DNA of 63,551 bases, counting the filler, from Stramenopiles sp. TOSAG23-6 (taxonomy: Eukaryota), in NCBI GenBank assembly GCA_900128565.1. It is 12 parts of 12 records of this genome, joined end to end, with 100 filler letters (N's around TTAATTAATTAA, not from the genome) between each part and the next. Parts side by side here need not be neighbours in the genome. Positions count along the whole stretch, not along the records: positions 16,591 to 24,741 come from LT636469.1; positions 24,842 to 32,972 come from LT636470.1; positions 33,073 to 41,186 come from LT636471.1; 9 more parts are not named here. One strand, written 5' to 3'. Shown in pieces: positions 23,201-33,161 of the stretch. The position numbers were made by a program, and so were the translations under genes. Every line of letters begins with the position of its first letter. The stretch's first letter is position 1. The notes beneath the pieces were generated by a model, which was not told the origin of the DNA, searched no databases, and saw nothing but the letters and a program-made list of their open reading frames with translations.

Positions 23201-24089
23201 TTCTATTGAATTCTTTCAGACATGAATGGTAATTTTGGCTTCTTTCTGCCATATACCATTGGTGTATTTCGTTCATGACGTTTTGATATGTCATGCATTT
23301 CCATTTTTCTTGGTTGTTAGTTAGCATTGTTTGAATATGTAAACCTACGTTTGTAATGATGTGAGTTTTTAGCGCATGATTTGTTGTTGACCAAGCGTTC
23401 CACCTTTTCATTTTCGTTATATAGGTTTTTTGGTATTCTTTTGTAATAGCTTCCAGACGATTTTGGAAAGTTTTGTAAGCGTCTGAGGATACTTCGGAGT
23501 ATATCACCTTCTTCGCGTTTCTGTCGTTTATTCTTATCTTGTACATAAACTTTGGTTGAAGGATTGTATCCTGATCATCGAATACATCATACGTATTGTC
23601 CTCATCGTCTTCTTTAACATCTTTTTTATCATCTGTTTTGTTTTCGTTTGTTGTTGATTCATCGGTTTTATCATCTGTTAACATGATGGTTAACTCGATT
23701 TTATCATCAGTTTTTTCTTTAGTTTCGTTATCGACTTCCTTTTTTTTGAATTCGATTGTGAGGTCTTCTGTTTGACCAGATTTGTCCAGGATGGACTGCA
23801 ACATGTTTATTGTTGCGTTGGGTTCGACAATGCCAAGTTGTTCGGCACGCCTTCTTTCGTTTTCTACGCGGTTAATCGCGTATTCAAGTGAGAGCATTTC
23901 TTCATTGCTTTCTGGTGGTTTTGGTATTGATTTTTCCGTTTGAAGATCATTCTGATCCAAGTTTTCGTTTTTCAGGAACATCGTAGTGGCTTTTTGATCC
24001 ATTGTCTTTTTCCACTGAGAGTATTGGTTGACATTGGTCAATTTGTCCGTTTTTTGTTTTGACATTGTCTGTTGTCGATTGTTGGTCAT
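17253..24089 (-). CDS. Copia Gag-Pol polyprotein, uninterrupted, 2278 aa
   Basis: Cys/His knuckles; protease LDTG; integrase HGLTH..CITC, MDL, RID, PAE; RT KTRITAKGYAQRPGVDY, SLYGLVQA, HVDD; RNaseH VDSNYA, TTEAE, RHIG, NPADMFTK. Confidence 0.95.
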   Translation of the reverse strand: MTNNRQQTMSKQKTDKLTNVNQYSQWKKTMDQKATTMFLKNENLDQNDLQTEKSIPKPPESNEEMLSLEYAINRVENERRRAEQLGIVEPNATINMLQSILDKSGQTEDLTIEFKKKEVDNETKEKTDDKIELTIMLTDDKTDESTTNENKTDDKKDVKEDDEDNTYDVFDDQDTILQPKFMYKIRINDRNAKKVIYSEVSSDAYKTFQNRLEAITKEYQKTYITKMKRWNAWSTTNHALKTHIITNVGLHIQTMLTNNQEKWKCMTYQNVMNEIHQWYMAERSQNYHSCLKEFNRIQQKAQEGTNAYKARLYEEWIKLIESAQIYRAKEMVSHLNSYFSSKASTPTDNNWWKDIRTKKFDMRLYDQEYNECINELKTNEMKEIQNIMDEIENTKYRSHRITSKTTLKLESDATDKLAQITDRQLALYLMLQVLARNCAFQITTAEDRRAIQHDPNAVKFNNYKYPTRSILNFSLTSTPTNKTLRGRLVNGLGVEWNDWKLQIRTDKIVDDIGTKIQAKSLTINKLEELLDDESRRRNWITMGPSRATTLQQNTAKKNQTKNLENAIAYLAGENCNQNQNNSVANATESSNNKQDFKFTKQEYHKKITRDMQIPNACSTCGIKYTRGHRLVCPKKDSTKKCDICDRHGFESATHITANCIQNAAALKPSVRLELDNGNKNKIVCPLIENGLFCQYGEKCIYYFKGDGHDKPVTYIAKVADNTTKNEKENMMECVTEALKNALNELKPNKQQKNYSFVLHASDQYVENGSYLLKTQKQQIQISKTLALIQNDTGYSHNGKMYPPLFLDTGTTRSVAGATVPLSNVTKLDNKEKWHILDAGETKHTINEKGYIGTFEIGRSPTLDNNIVLISEDDVFEHAKMINPCITINNEVMYMSEFDNVHNRKQIAQKMNKTGLWKIDGKYIFDNVGWNKEFTSSSCVPNNITNPKTENVFSAKEASRSERNQTIAERLQTIHGLTHQNQEHIRRQILRGDFENFGQLTIKRTSKFKKIPLCITCAVGNIKKTKSRKINEERRIEIERLRTQGGPHYGTHIAMDLFVGPRVASINGKRYACIGVCRTTKKIFGQNITHKSDFRKAILDTVAEIRLSRNKYWPQIQNNAPITIRIDRAFEIINQNEFINKLKSDNIIITNTGGYNSNANPAEIAIHIVVSQARKALIASGLPLNFWSYAIECQKQIMHLFPNRANGISSYEMETGKAPSNTLINRLVPFGTRGVALSVDARAKKLQPNNVGPRGTEVVMLKQNSEGPGWWVYCLTTQRIIIRVHITWLHIPDHDPLKTFNNIRRNFDWNAQHNNTVVRDKASIYKIINRGQPLTELCASEEINVLEEPDVDDEFTQKSPDYDSTTNTNLDNIVSRLFDGKANGSGEPSQQMTEHAQDERIKKIQTKMYTTNEKVDRNGVLQINNKKLYEILEDQETNRYFSWTQFPERVRTQVSISNLVNDPNKILNDLRTIQKAVRQFLQRMKSKRPHDYLKHAKTYMPWIGNDIIRTNYYKTNDIVSNPFEILNQKQNTDNYNELITKEAPIVESDDEMPELVAIHSDSEDEDEDEMPELAAIHSDLEDKDETSISPSKKKKTRSGRSYATNTNAEEDLQKPSSIKESEDLLKDLPKDLQKEFNERIMEAKEEIGGYGVSFADTMQAHNPSLYKDFPPATELSHPKTPQEMKKLPQTQKHAMQTSQLDEISNFFFYNTIKPKLRKDVKKKPLGGKVVYKFKTKTNNTVERAKTRITAKGYAQRPGVDYDKSHSPTMRSHTMKLLLSLRARKNMKMSKGDAPAAFLKGRLKEEHLMYFELLDILNGGDDEFNLVMLERIKTILNPYLKANNMPPFTNELYTFQLVGSLYGLVQAARIFALLIQDFLVKEGWTQMECDFCLYKKEYEIIENNETKTKVMFTGSHVDDIICVHHGDEQYTKFQKAFEKEFNLQWVEDADFKSFVGAIITPIPPTPKTQNKKIIIMHAAQYTKEIVRQFEKEWGTLGEAELPIYPSTKLVKPAVKETPCEKTMRNFDMRKYNGQIQYLQQLCRPDLSFAALVLSQFGIPGNFDATHEDAMETIFKYLKQTLYWGLPFGRDPQYETLIDQQQKPLLDTDATGSCVDSNYALAPEGLPGRKSISAHIVTFNGDMVHYKSEKQPIIATSTTEAEMVAGVEGIKSTIWARKAYYEIFNIHPKTSTIYQDSDAARLNLEYPRKWRTVRHIGVKLAYTKSKIEDKAIEIKRICSADNPADMFTKALPAPAFLRFRNMLMANVMSYTDQSSSTNSCH

Positions 24090-24349
24090 TTTCTAGTTGA
24101 AGGCAATTTGTATCTTCACTCTGTGTATGAGAAAATTTATCTAAAAATATGTAATAAATTTGACTTTTTGTAGTGAATTTTTCACCTAAAATTTGGAAAA
24201 AACTTACCGGTTTGATTCGCTTAGTCTTTGAAGTTATTTGTTTGTTCTTTTATAGGCTTAGCAATGGAACAGTATTATAGTAAGTTGGTTTATCCAGACT
24301 CTTAATCCTTTGGGCGGAACTGGTTTTAGTGGGATTTCGTGTTACCCGG

Positions 24350-24530
24350 GATTGAATTTGTAGAATTTGTATTGGATGTATTTAATGTATGCAATGTACT
24401 GAATGTATTGAGTATATTGTATGTATTCAATGTATTTGATGTATTCAACGTATTTAATGTATTGAATGTATTATATGTAATAAATGTATCAAATGTAACG
24501 AGTATATCGATCGTATTGGATGTATTTATT
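24350..24530. repeat. Degenerate 9-bp tandem array (AATGTATTN) in the retrotransposon leader/LTR region
   Basis: About 18 consecutive units visible; produces spurious VLN/NTL ORFs. Confidence 0.85.
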
Positions 24531-24841
24531 GACGGATTTATGGGGACTTTTCGTGAAATATGAGTTCGAGTGTTTTGCAATCTTTGCGATGAAAATGTGA
24601 ATTTCGACTTCTGCGTTTCGAAGTTTGAGTGCGATTTCGATGTACCAGTTCACTTGTTATGTGAATGTAGGATCGTATGCGAGGTGTCAATTGCAGATGA
24701 CTAGTATAAATGCAATTGGTTGGGGTTTTCAGTGTTCTTTANNNNNNNNNNNNNNNNNNNNNNNNNNNNNNNNNNNNNNNNNNNNTTAATTAATTAANNN
24801 NNNNNNNNNNNNNNNNNNNNNNNNNNNNNNNNNNNNNNNNN

Positions 24842-25822
24842 CCATGGGATTGACTCTAGTGAGAGTAGTAGGGTAAATGAAGAGGTGCTGGATGCGAAGA
24901 ATATGTGTAGAAATATGGTTGTTCTTTGGAATAAGCTGAAAGATTCAACAGAAGAAATTGATTTTATTTTCAGTTTTGGGCCACATAACGGTAGGACCTT
25001 CTGCGATGTTCGGAGAGAACATCCACGTTATATTTATCAATTAATAGAAGAAGTTGACTTATGGAAAGATCTTCCAAAATTAAGACAGTTGCTTTTTGCA
25101 TACAACAGCTGTGTAGAAACCTGCTTTAAATCTAAAATTCTTGACGTCTCACACGCACATTGGAGAATAAATAATTGTTTTGTTATAGTAATGGTTTTCG
25201 GTCGTTAGTAGGTTCTGAATTTTTATCAGATATGAAATTCGTCGTTAAAGAGGATGGAGTCGATGAAATTATTCTTGCTCATAAGTGCATTGTAATGTCA
25301 AGGTGTAAGCATTTGAATGCCTTACTTTCTTGTCAAATGTCAGAAGCAAATCTAGATGTGGTTAGACTTCCAAGTATGTCAAAACTTGTGTTGATCACCT
25401 TACTAATTTGGATGTACACGGGATCCTTAGAAATTCGTACCTCTGAGTTATTGCTCTCTGTTGCAGAGGCTGCTTGCGAATGGAGGATAGACAAGCTTAT
25501 ATTGCAGTGCGAATGGTATCTGATCGACGCTTTGGATATTGAAAACGCATCATCTCTAATGCATTTTGCAGAGAAGTATTTTTTGCCACGCCTTTTACGA
25601 TGTGCCATGTGCTTGGTTCTTCAAGGTAAAAACTGGGAGATATTCTGTGCAACGTCGAGATACCAATCTTTATCTTCGGCGACAATTTCACAGCTCGAGG
25701 TGATCAAAAATGGGAAGTCCTACGCATACAAAAATGATCGATTGGATACTGCGATGAATGTGCTAGAGCATATTCATATTCCTAGTAGTGGAAACGTTAA
25801 TCAAAAAGCACAAGGGCAGTAG
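24842..25822 (+). CDS. BTB/POZ (BACK-like) domain protein; 5' truncated; probable short intron or frameshift near 25110-25190
   Basis: SDMKFVV...ILAHKCIVMSRC...LLIWMYTG...LQCEWYL. Confidence 0.75.
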
Positions 25823-27246
25823 ATTTCTTTGAAGAGTATCTCAAAAATAATGGATTTCTTAACCATGATTACGCTAACTCCATTATGTGTTTTGAGCCGT
25901 TTTTCTAGAATTGTATTATGCTATAAGAAGAATCAATGATGATGTTTTTCGTACCCTCCACTTATAATATGCACTCATCGTTAACCCAATCCACTTAAAA
26001 GTCAACCGAATCATTCCGTAGAAAAATATATTAAAACATATTATCGATCTATGTTAAAAAGATTGAATAAATAAACACGTAGGTATAGGTAGTAGTAAAT
26101 TGCAAATGCAAGAATGGTGCTAGAGTTTTTTTTTTCATAAAAAAAGTCGCTGCACGATAAAATAAAGCAAAAATGAATTGGGTAAAAGTTAATTAGTATA
26201 ATAAAATGAACACCTATAGCTTTGCTATTTTTTTTGCTTTTATATAGTTAAATTGCGACGCAATTATTTCCTGTATACTAAAATATATGTAAGAAGCTAC
26301 GAAAGAGAAAAGACAAAAAGAATGCAACTATTCAATGATTTTTGAATTCAATCACCCGCAACCCTATTTCATTCAGACAGCAGAGTAAGAAGTGATTGCA
26401 GAGTTTTCGTAGCAAGTGAAAAAGTTGCAGAAACAATCTTTTAGTAATCAATAATAAGGTCAAGGCACTCTTTCTTATAGATAAATATGTAATTGGTTCT
26501 TGTGATTGATTTTCATTTACTTTTTATTGCCAAAAACTTTAGTCAATTTTTGACACCATCCGAAAAAACTTGTTGTCGTTGAGAGACGTAGTAGCTATTA
26601 TTATAAAAACCTGGCTAGATGGATTTTTTATTTTATCAAATCTTAATTATTAATAAATTCAAAAAGAAACAAAGTGACTCAAGCTTAAAGAAATACAGAA
26701 TAACTGCTCTTCAGTGTGATGTAGTTAACAATTGCACTTGTCGTATGAGCTTAGTTAATAATTATCAGTTAGAGGAATATTCAATATTCAAAACTTATAC
26801 CCGGTTCCTGTTCGAACGTTTGCACGAAATTTTATTACATTTAACACTTATAACAATCCACTCAAAACCGGGCACCCAACACACAACTAATCCTCATATG
26901 GTACTTTCTTAATCTCTTTTAATTCATTTATCCGTCTCTACCTCCAGTTTCGATGTTCCCTCTCAATTGTCAGTACTGCATTTTATTTATTTCAAGGACG
27001 CCGCCATTTTAATACATTGTTACTTCTTATACACATATTGGCACGGATTTCGTGTCAATATTCTTAATTAATATCCCAAATCGNNNNNNNNNNNNNNNNN
27101 NNNNNNNNNNNNNNNNNNNNNNNNNNNNNNNNNNNNNNNNNNNNNNNNNNNNNNNNNNNNNNNNNNNNNNNNNNNNNNNNNNNNNCGATGTTGTTTGTTC
27201 TTTAACAAACTTCATCCAATACAGTAGATTAATAGATCGCGAGACT

Positions 27247-29144
27247 ATGTCTGAGGCGCCAATTACAACGCCAGATAGTACTTCAACATCTCACGTCTTT
27301 GGCACAAATAATCAGTATGCTACTTCTGAGTTTCTACTTGCATTTTTAACTGCTTTAGGTTTTACAATGTTGCTGAGTCATGCAATTCTTTGTCGATTTA
27401 AAGTGACTTGGTTATCTGAAGCCTCGTGTGCAATTTTTCTCGGCGCATTTTTTGGGGGTATCTTGGGGCTTATTCCCGGCGAAGATGTTGAAACCATGAA
27501 AGAAAAAGTAATCTTTTTCAGTCCTTCAATATTTTTCTGTGTATTTCTTCCGCCAATTATATTTGCATCTGGATATCATATGAAGGGAAGTTTCTTTTTC
27601 TTTAACATGGTCAAGATTTTAACATTTGCCGTCATTGGTACTTTCATCAGTGCTTGGATATTTGGTGTATTTCTGTGGTGTTTTGGTAAAATTGGTACGT
27701 TTTCACAATGAATTTCAAATGTAATTTTTTTGCGTACGAAATTTTGTACCTAACGAATTTTTTTACAAAAAAATAGTTTCACAGTACATGTATTTCTGTG
27801 GAATTTTCTTTTCCTGAAGCTCTGACGTTTGGTGCTCTTATTAGTGCTACTGACCCGGTTACGACTCTGGCTATCTTTGACTCTCTAAAAGTAGACCCAC
27901 ATCTTTTTTATATTGTTTTTGGTGAAAGTGTCTTGAATGATGCTGTCTCAATAGTTTTATACCATACATTTGCTAAATTTATTGGAACAACACCGAAATC
28001 TGGTACTGCTTTGTTTGCTATTCTTGACTTCTTTTTGATATTTTTTGGTTCAACTGCTGTTGGAGTTATTTGTGGTTGTTGTACTGCACTTCTTTACAAG
28101 CATATAGTAATTAATAGNNNNNNNNNNNNNNNNNNNNNNNNNNNNNNNNNNNNNNNNNNNNNNNNNNNNNNNAATGAAGTTCTAGAATTATCAGTATTTG
28201 TTATATTTGCATATGTACCATTTCTTTTAGGCGAGTGGTTATCTCTCAGTGGAATTGTTGCTATACTTTTTACAGGGATAACTATGAAGCATTATACATA
28301 TAATAATATGTCTAGAAACGCGAGAGAAAAGTCAGACACAATTATTGCCGTCTTGGCAAATATTTCAGAAACTGCTATTTTCCTTAATTTAGGTTCATCG
28401 ATGTGGAATTTTAATAGTTTTCATTTTGGTCTTGTGATTTGTGCATGTACAGTTTGTCTCCTCGCCCGTGCAGCTCATATTTATCCAATGTCTTTTATCT
28501 TAAACAAGTGTACTTCACGTTCGATTGCAAAAAATCAGCAGCATATGTTATGGTTCTCTGGTCTTCGTGGTGCTATAGCATATGCATTAGCGATGAACTT
28601 TCCTAGTGAGCATAAAGATTATGTAATTTCAACTACAATTATTATTGTCTTTGTCACTGTTGTTTTCTTTGGTGGAGCAACAGACTTTCTTTTGAACTGG
28701 CTCCGTATTCCTAGAGGACCTCAAACATTTCAAGCAAGTCATGAACGAAGTATGGTTCAATTTGTTTCTACAAATAGAATCGTACGCTTTGATAGGAGAT
28801 ATATTCAACCAATTTTATTAAGAAGACGTGGTAGCCGTAAGGTGAAACAAAACCTAAGTATGATTCAACTTGATACTGAAGAGGATACTAAAAAAGTGAC
28901 TGAAATTACTTTAACAACAAATTCTAGTTCACAATTGAATGAAGATAAACATCTAAGATGTGCATCAAGTGTTCTTGAAGAGTGGAAATCTTCAATCAAT
29001 GATTCAGATGAACATTTTTCATCTATTGATGCTGGAGACACTGTGTTGATCAATAAAGAAGTGGGCAACAGTGATAGTTTTGAAGATGAAGGTGTTTATA
29101 CATATGGCGTAATAGAAGCCCAAACACTAAATGGGAGTACCTAA
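27247..29144 (+). CDS. Na+/H+ exchanger, CPA1 (NHE/NHX) family; exons 27247-27694 and 27790-29144
   Basis: FLPPIIFASGY, FGALISATDPV, VFGESVLNDAVSIVLY, WFSGLRGAIAYALA. Confidence 0.95.
27695..27789 (+). mobile_element. Introner-like intron, GT...GTAC-AT
   Basis: ATT G|GTACGTTTTC...CACAGTACAT|GT ATT TCT gives KIGISVEF; the CAG at 27782-27784 is out of frame with this donor. Confidence 0.8.
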
Positions 29145-29251
29145 CTACATTAACAACACGGGTATAGTTTTAATAAATTCATGAAATTTCAATGTTTATA
29201 AAATACTTATTGCGAAAGAGATTTGGGGTATATAATATTAGCTAGAAATAA

Positions 29252-29461
29252 TCACGATATCTGCTTTGTGTCTTCATTATTGAACACGGACCACATACTA
29301 TTATTACCTGTAGATACTTTCTTTGGCGAATTTCCCGAACTAGCAATTTGGGCCCGTCTTTCCTTAGCAAATTTTGAGTATTGTGGTAGATAAATATTAG
29401 TGTACATTATAGCACCAACAAGTGAAGTAGTGAAGCCCATGATCAATACTTTTGATTGCAT
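29252..29461 (-). CDS. Small single-TM protein
   Basis: 69-aa ATG ORF with an N-terminal hydrophobic helix, in a gap between genes. Confidence 0.55.
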   Translation of the reverse strand: MQSKVLIMGFTTSLVGAIMYTNIYLPQYSKFAKERRAQIASSGNSPKKVSTGNNSMWSVFNNEDTKQIS

Positions 29462-29835
29462 CTTTGTTTGTGAGTATTGTTGAAGTGAAGCTTAAATATT
29501 TTTAGTTTCTATGTAGAATATACTGCTAGTAATGTGATGCGTTACAACTTTTGGTACAATGTTAATGATTAAGTGTATTTACTAGCCAGGAAGAAGGGAG
29601 TTTGTCATTAGATTCTAGCTAGTTCTGGAGTTCAAGCCAAAGGAACACAACTCACGAAGCGGCCAATCAAGTGGCCAAAAAAGCAGTCAGTAACAGCAGC
29701 TGCGAGGTACTAAGGCTACTATTATTTCTACTACTACCTAGTAGTAGTTTACCACGGGTGCCAGATACAGCTGTAGCTACCACAAAAGTAACTCACTACT
29801 GTACTGGGTAGGGTTGTTCTTCACGGCAAAATAAA

Positions 29836-30723
29836 ATGACTTCTACGCTTATGCAGTTAGGGATTGCAAAGCCATGGCAAAAAGGTAAGTGGCCAAAAGC
29901 ACGTCTTACTAATGCAGATTTCCTGAAAGAGCTGAAGGGCTGTCTGTGGGAGGACTATGACTTGGAAGCTGGGGAATTTACTGTGGCTGGAAAACCTATT
30001 ATTATTACCCATACCGGTAAAACAGATGTTACCTTTCATGGTAACACAGGTGATACAACATGGTGTGCTGCGTATGTACTTGCTAAATATTTAGAGCACA
30101 TGTGGCCGTCTCTTGTAAGAACAATTGAGTCTCAAGATATGGCTATTCGTTTACCTCGTGTCTTAATTGGTTCAGGTAGTGGTGTGGCAGGTCTCTCAGC
30201 TGCTGCTCTTGGTGCATCTTCTGTCATACTCTCCGATTTGGAATATTGCCACGAATCGCTACAAGAGAGTATAAAATTATCTATGAAAGCATGGAACGCT
30301 ACACCCTCTAGTAATTCTAAAGGATGTGAAAATATTGAAGTTGTGAATTTAGATTGGTTTAAGGCGGAAGAAATACCTCAGACTAAAGTTGTTAATAGTT
30401 GGCTAGATTGTGATATAATTCTAGGAGCTGGAGTCTTCTGGTTGAATCACTTATTAATTCCTTGTGTTAGAACTTTAGAATCACTTTCAATGTGTAATCC
30501 AGATGCCGTGATTATTATAGCGTATCAAACTCGTTGTGAACATTATGACGATGACATGTTCGATGCTCTACATCGTAGTTTTGACTGTTTTGTAATTCCA
30601 CGTTCAGCTCAACACCCTGAGTTTAATTTAGACTGTATACACTTAATGACATTAAAGCGTAAAGTGAATGCACCCGATGATTTACATCCATTCCCACCCG
30701 AAGGCAGTCATTTATTAAATTAA
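29836..30723 (+). CDS. SAM-dependent protein methyltransferase, METTL21/Methyltransf_16-like
   Basis: TGDTTWCAAYVLAKYL, IGSGSGVAGL, ILSD, LDW, DIILGA. Confidence 0.85.
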   Translation: MTSTLMQLGIAKPWQKGKWPKARLTNADFLKELKGCLWEDYDLEAGEFTVAGKPIIITHTGKTDVTFHGNTGDTTWCAAYVLAKYLEHMWPSLVRTIESQDMAIRLPRVLIGSGSGVAGLSAAALGASSVILSDLEYCHESLQESIKLSMKAWNATPSSNSKGCENIEVVNLDWFKAEEIPQTKVVNSWLDCDIILGAGVFWLNHLLIPCVRTLESLSMCNPDAVIIIAYQTRCEHYDDDMFDALHRSFDCFVIPRSAQHPEFNLDCIHLMTLKRKVNAPDDLHPFPPEGSHLLN

Positions 30724-30767
30724 AAATATAAAGAAACGATATCTAAAGAAACACGTTTTTAATTCTG

Positions 30768-32972
30768 TCAATTTGTTAATTTATCATTCCAAGTCGTCGG
30801 TGTTGAATATCGGCTACATGTGGAAAGCGGTTGAAGAAAATCAATATGTTTCGTTAGAGTAATATGAAGTCTCATAGCCCCGGGACATTGTCTAAGATAT
30901 TTAAGTTTTGGAAGACTATTTTTCCAATGAATTAAAAGTTGTAGAAAACTTGAAAGCCGTTCACTAGGAATCTTTGGAAACGGATTTTTGTCCGGCTCAA
31001 TGTTGCTATGTTTTGTTGTATCTTGAGTCACACCACAGATTTTGTGTTCAGCGATTGGTCCACAACAATATATAATACAAGGTAATACGAGTTTCAATGC
31101 GTGATCAATTTGAAGCCACCAGGTATTTCTAAATTTCATAGATAGGCCATCAAAGTTTTCAGATTTGTTTTGGCTTTTGAGCTCGCCTCGGAAAGCTCTA
31201 GTGTCCAAATTATGAAGTACATTCCACAGTATTGGAGCAGAAAGTCTTTGTGGTAGTTTTGAAGAAAGTGGCCAAAGAGGAGAACCAGTAAAAAGTTGTT
31301 TCACAGCAGAAATACACAAGATAGCTTTAACATGACAACCTAGTTTAGTGATGGGGAATTCGTCTTGAATCCTGACAACATGTCCTGGTTCACTACACAC
31401 ATCATCAAGAATAACACGAACAACATCTTCTTGCCATTCTAAACTATCCTTCTCATTTTCTCCATCTTTGTTCAATTTATATGATTCAAATATATTAAAC
31501 ACAGTGTCCAAGAGACTAGATATTTGAAATAAAAGATTATCAGGGCGACCAGATAGAGTCACTGAATCTAATAGGAGTTGGCAACAATATATTACCAATT
31601 GTAACAGTGTATCTCTATAATTCTTCCCCAAGTCAAACGCATTATTTTGTAAGTATATATTTGTTATTCGAAATAAAAATGTAACTTTTGTTATAGGAAA
31701 TGTTTTCATATAGTCAGTGAGTGGACGAATATTTCTGAGTTTTACACCTTGTTCAATTGTATTATCTTGTTGGAATAAAACATCAAAAGTTCTTGAATCT
31801 GAAGCAGAATCATTTGGTTTATTCTTACCTTTGCAGTTGGTAATTCCAGGAGAATAATCCAAACTCCGAACAATCACTCTTCGAATACGAGCGGGATACC
31901 AGACACCTTTGGATTTCCAATTTACCTCAACATGTGTTCCAACAGAAAGTTCAGTAGAATTTATGTGTATACTAGTATCTTTTGANNNNNNNNNNNNNNN
32001 NNNNNNNNNNNNNNNATTTCCAACAGCAGCTAACTCCCCGTGACCAAAGACATTCAACGCCCACTCAAAATCAACGATTGAAAGTTTCCACTTTTTATTA
32101 CATACATTTAGACCTTTTCTATTTTTATAATATAACTCTTTACATGTCTCCTTTACACCCATAGATGTAAATTGAGTTTCCTTTTGTGTAATAAAACATC
32201 TTTGAGTAAAAAATGCCCCTTGACATATAGAAATATTCTTATAAAGAATGCAACAACGAAACAACCAATGGCATGCTTCACGTTGAAATTCATTCCATCC
32301 TTTAGAATTTTCATCTGAAATAAATTCTCTACTTAATTGATCACCAATGAGTGCATTTGTCAGTGCTTGATTCCAGAGTAAACCTTGGAGAAAAAACTCT
32401 CTTTCTTCTCGCTCTTCAACTGGAGTTAGACAACGACTTACCCTCGAACGACGACTCCGTCTCTCAGGAACTTTTATTGAATTTTTCACCCCATCCAAAT
32501 GAACTTTTGCACCTGTTGCAGATAGCCATTGTTTTAATAATGTTGCGTTTGTTGGACTCGATGACTCAAATACAGACTTTTGTGCATATGGTGATATATC
32601 TGGAGGAACACAGTTTGGTAAATCTTCATTTCCATGCCATCCTGCAAAGAAGCGTGATTTTTCTGATTCAATTTTACCAACAAGGTCATTTGCTGCTATA
32701 TGGTTATCAAAAGCATCATTGTTCAATTCTGTTTCAGCATAATTTTGTTGCTGTTGTCGTAGTATCGACTCTTTCTTGAGTACTAAATTTACCTTCTTTG
32801 CCGCTTTAGACGCTGACTTTTCCCGTTGACGCTTTTTACTAAGTAGATTTTCTAACGAATACTTTTCTTCATCATTTTGTTTATCATTATTGGCTTCGTT
32901 AAAGGTACGCTTTCTGGGTTTCACAGAACGTGACGATCGACGAACTCCTCGCCCAGAAATAGAGGGTGTCTT
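30768..32972 (-). CDS. Hypothetical protein with a Tudor/Agenet-like segment; 5' truncated
   Basis: Long ORF; VGTHVEVNWKSKGVWYPARI...FDVLF..D..IE. Confidence 0.65.
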   Translation of the reverse strand, partial: KTPSISGRGVRRSSRSVKPRKRTFNEANNDKQNDEEKYSLENLLSKKRQREKSASKAAKKVNLVLKKESILRQQQQNYAETELNNDAFDNHIAANDLVGKIESEKSRFFAGWHGNEDLPNCVPPDISPYAQKSVFESSSPTNATLLKQWLSATGAKVHLDGVKNSIKVPERRSRRSRVSRCLTPVEEREEREFFLQGLLWNQALTNALIGDQLSREFISDENSKGWNEFQREACHWLFRCCILYKNISICQGAFFTQRCFITQKETQFTSMGVKETCKELYYKNRKGLNVCNKKWKLSIVDFEWALNVFGHGELAAVGNXXXXXXXXXXSKDTSIHINSTELSVGTHVEVNWKSKGVWYPARIRRVIVRSLDYSPGITNCKGKNKPNDSASDSRTFDVLFQQDNTIEQGVKLRNIRPLTDYMKTFPITKVTFLFRITNIYLQNNAFDLGKNYRDTLLQLVIYCCQLLLDSVTLSGRPDNLLFQISSLLDTVFNIFESYKLNKDGENEKDSLEWQEDVVRVILDDVCSEPGHVVRIQDEFPITKLGCHVKAILCISAVKQLFTGSPLWPLSSKLPQRLSAPILWNVLHNLDTRAFRGELKSQNKSENFDGLSMKFRNTWWLQIDHALKLVLPCIIYCCGPIAEHKICGVTQDTTKHSNIEPDKNPFPKIPSERLSSFLQLLIHWKNSLPKLKYLRQCPGAMRLHITLTKHIDFLQPLSTCSRYSTPTTWNDKLTN

Positions 32973-33072
32973 NNNNNNNNNNNNNNNNNNNNNNNNNNNN
33001 NNNNNNNNNNNNNNNNTTAATTAATTAANNNNNNNNNNNNNNNNNNNNNNNNNNNNNNNNNNNNNNNNNNNN

Positions 33073-33161
33073 TATTTTGGAAAAATATTTCAAAAAAAAT
33101 TCGTTAGGTACAAAATTTCGTACGAAACAAAATTCGAATTTGAAAAAAAAATAAATCATAC
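33073..33161 (-). mobile_element. Introner-like intron, nearly complete, cut at a contig end
   Basis: T|GTATGATTT...TTCGTACGAAATTTTGTACCTAAC...TTCCAAAATA. Confidence 0.85.

Larger units (their letters stand above)
16591..24741 (-). mobile_element. Ty1/copia LTR retrotransposon assembled as a circular contig (LTRs collapsed)
   Basis: PR-IN-RT-RNaseH order; polypurine tract AGAGAGGGG (17229-17237, minus strand) just after the stop; first 55 nt of the contig (16591-16645) equal the last 55 nt (24687-24741). Confidence 0.92.

Noticed and set aside
25823-27246. 1.4 kb intergenic stretch and ORF 26619-26912 as a possible ncRNA or gene
   Set aside because: No recognisable RNA or protein motif can be supported by eye.
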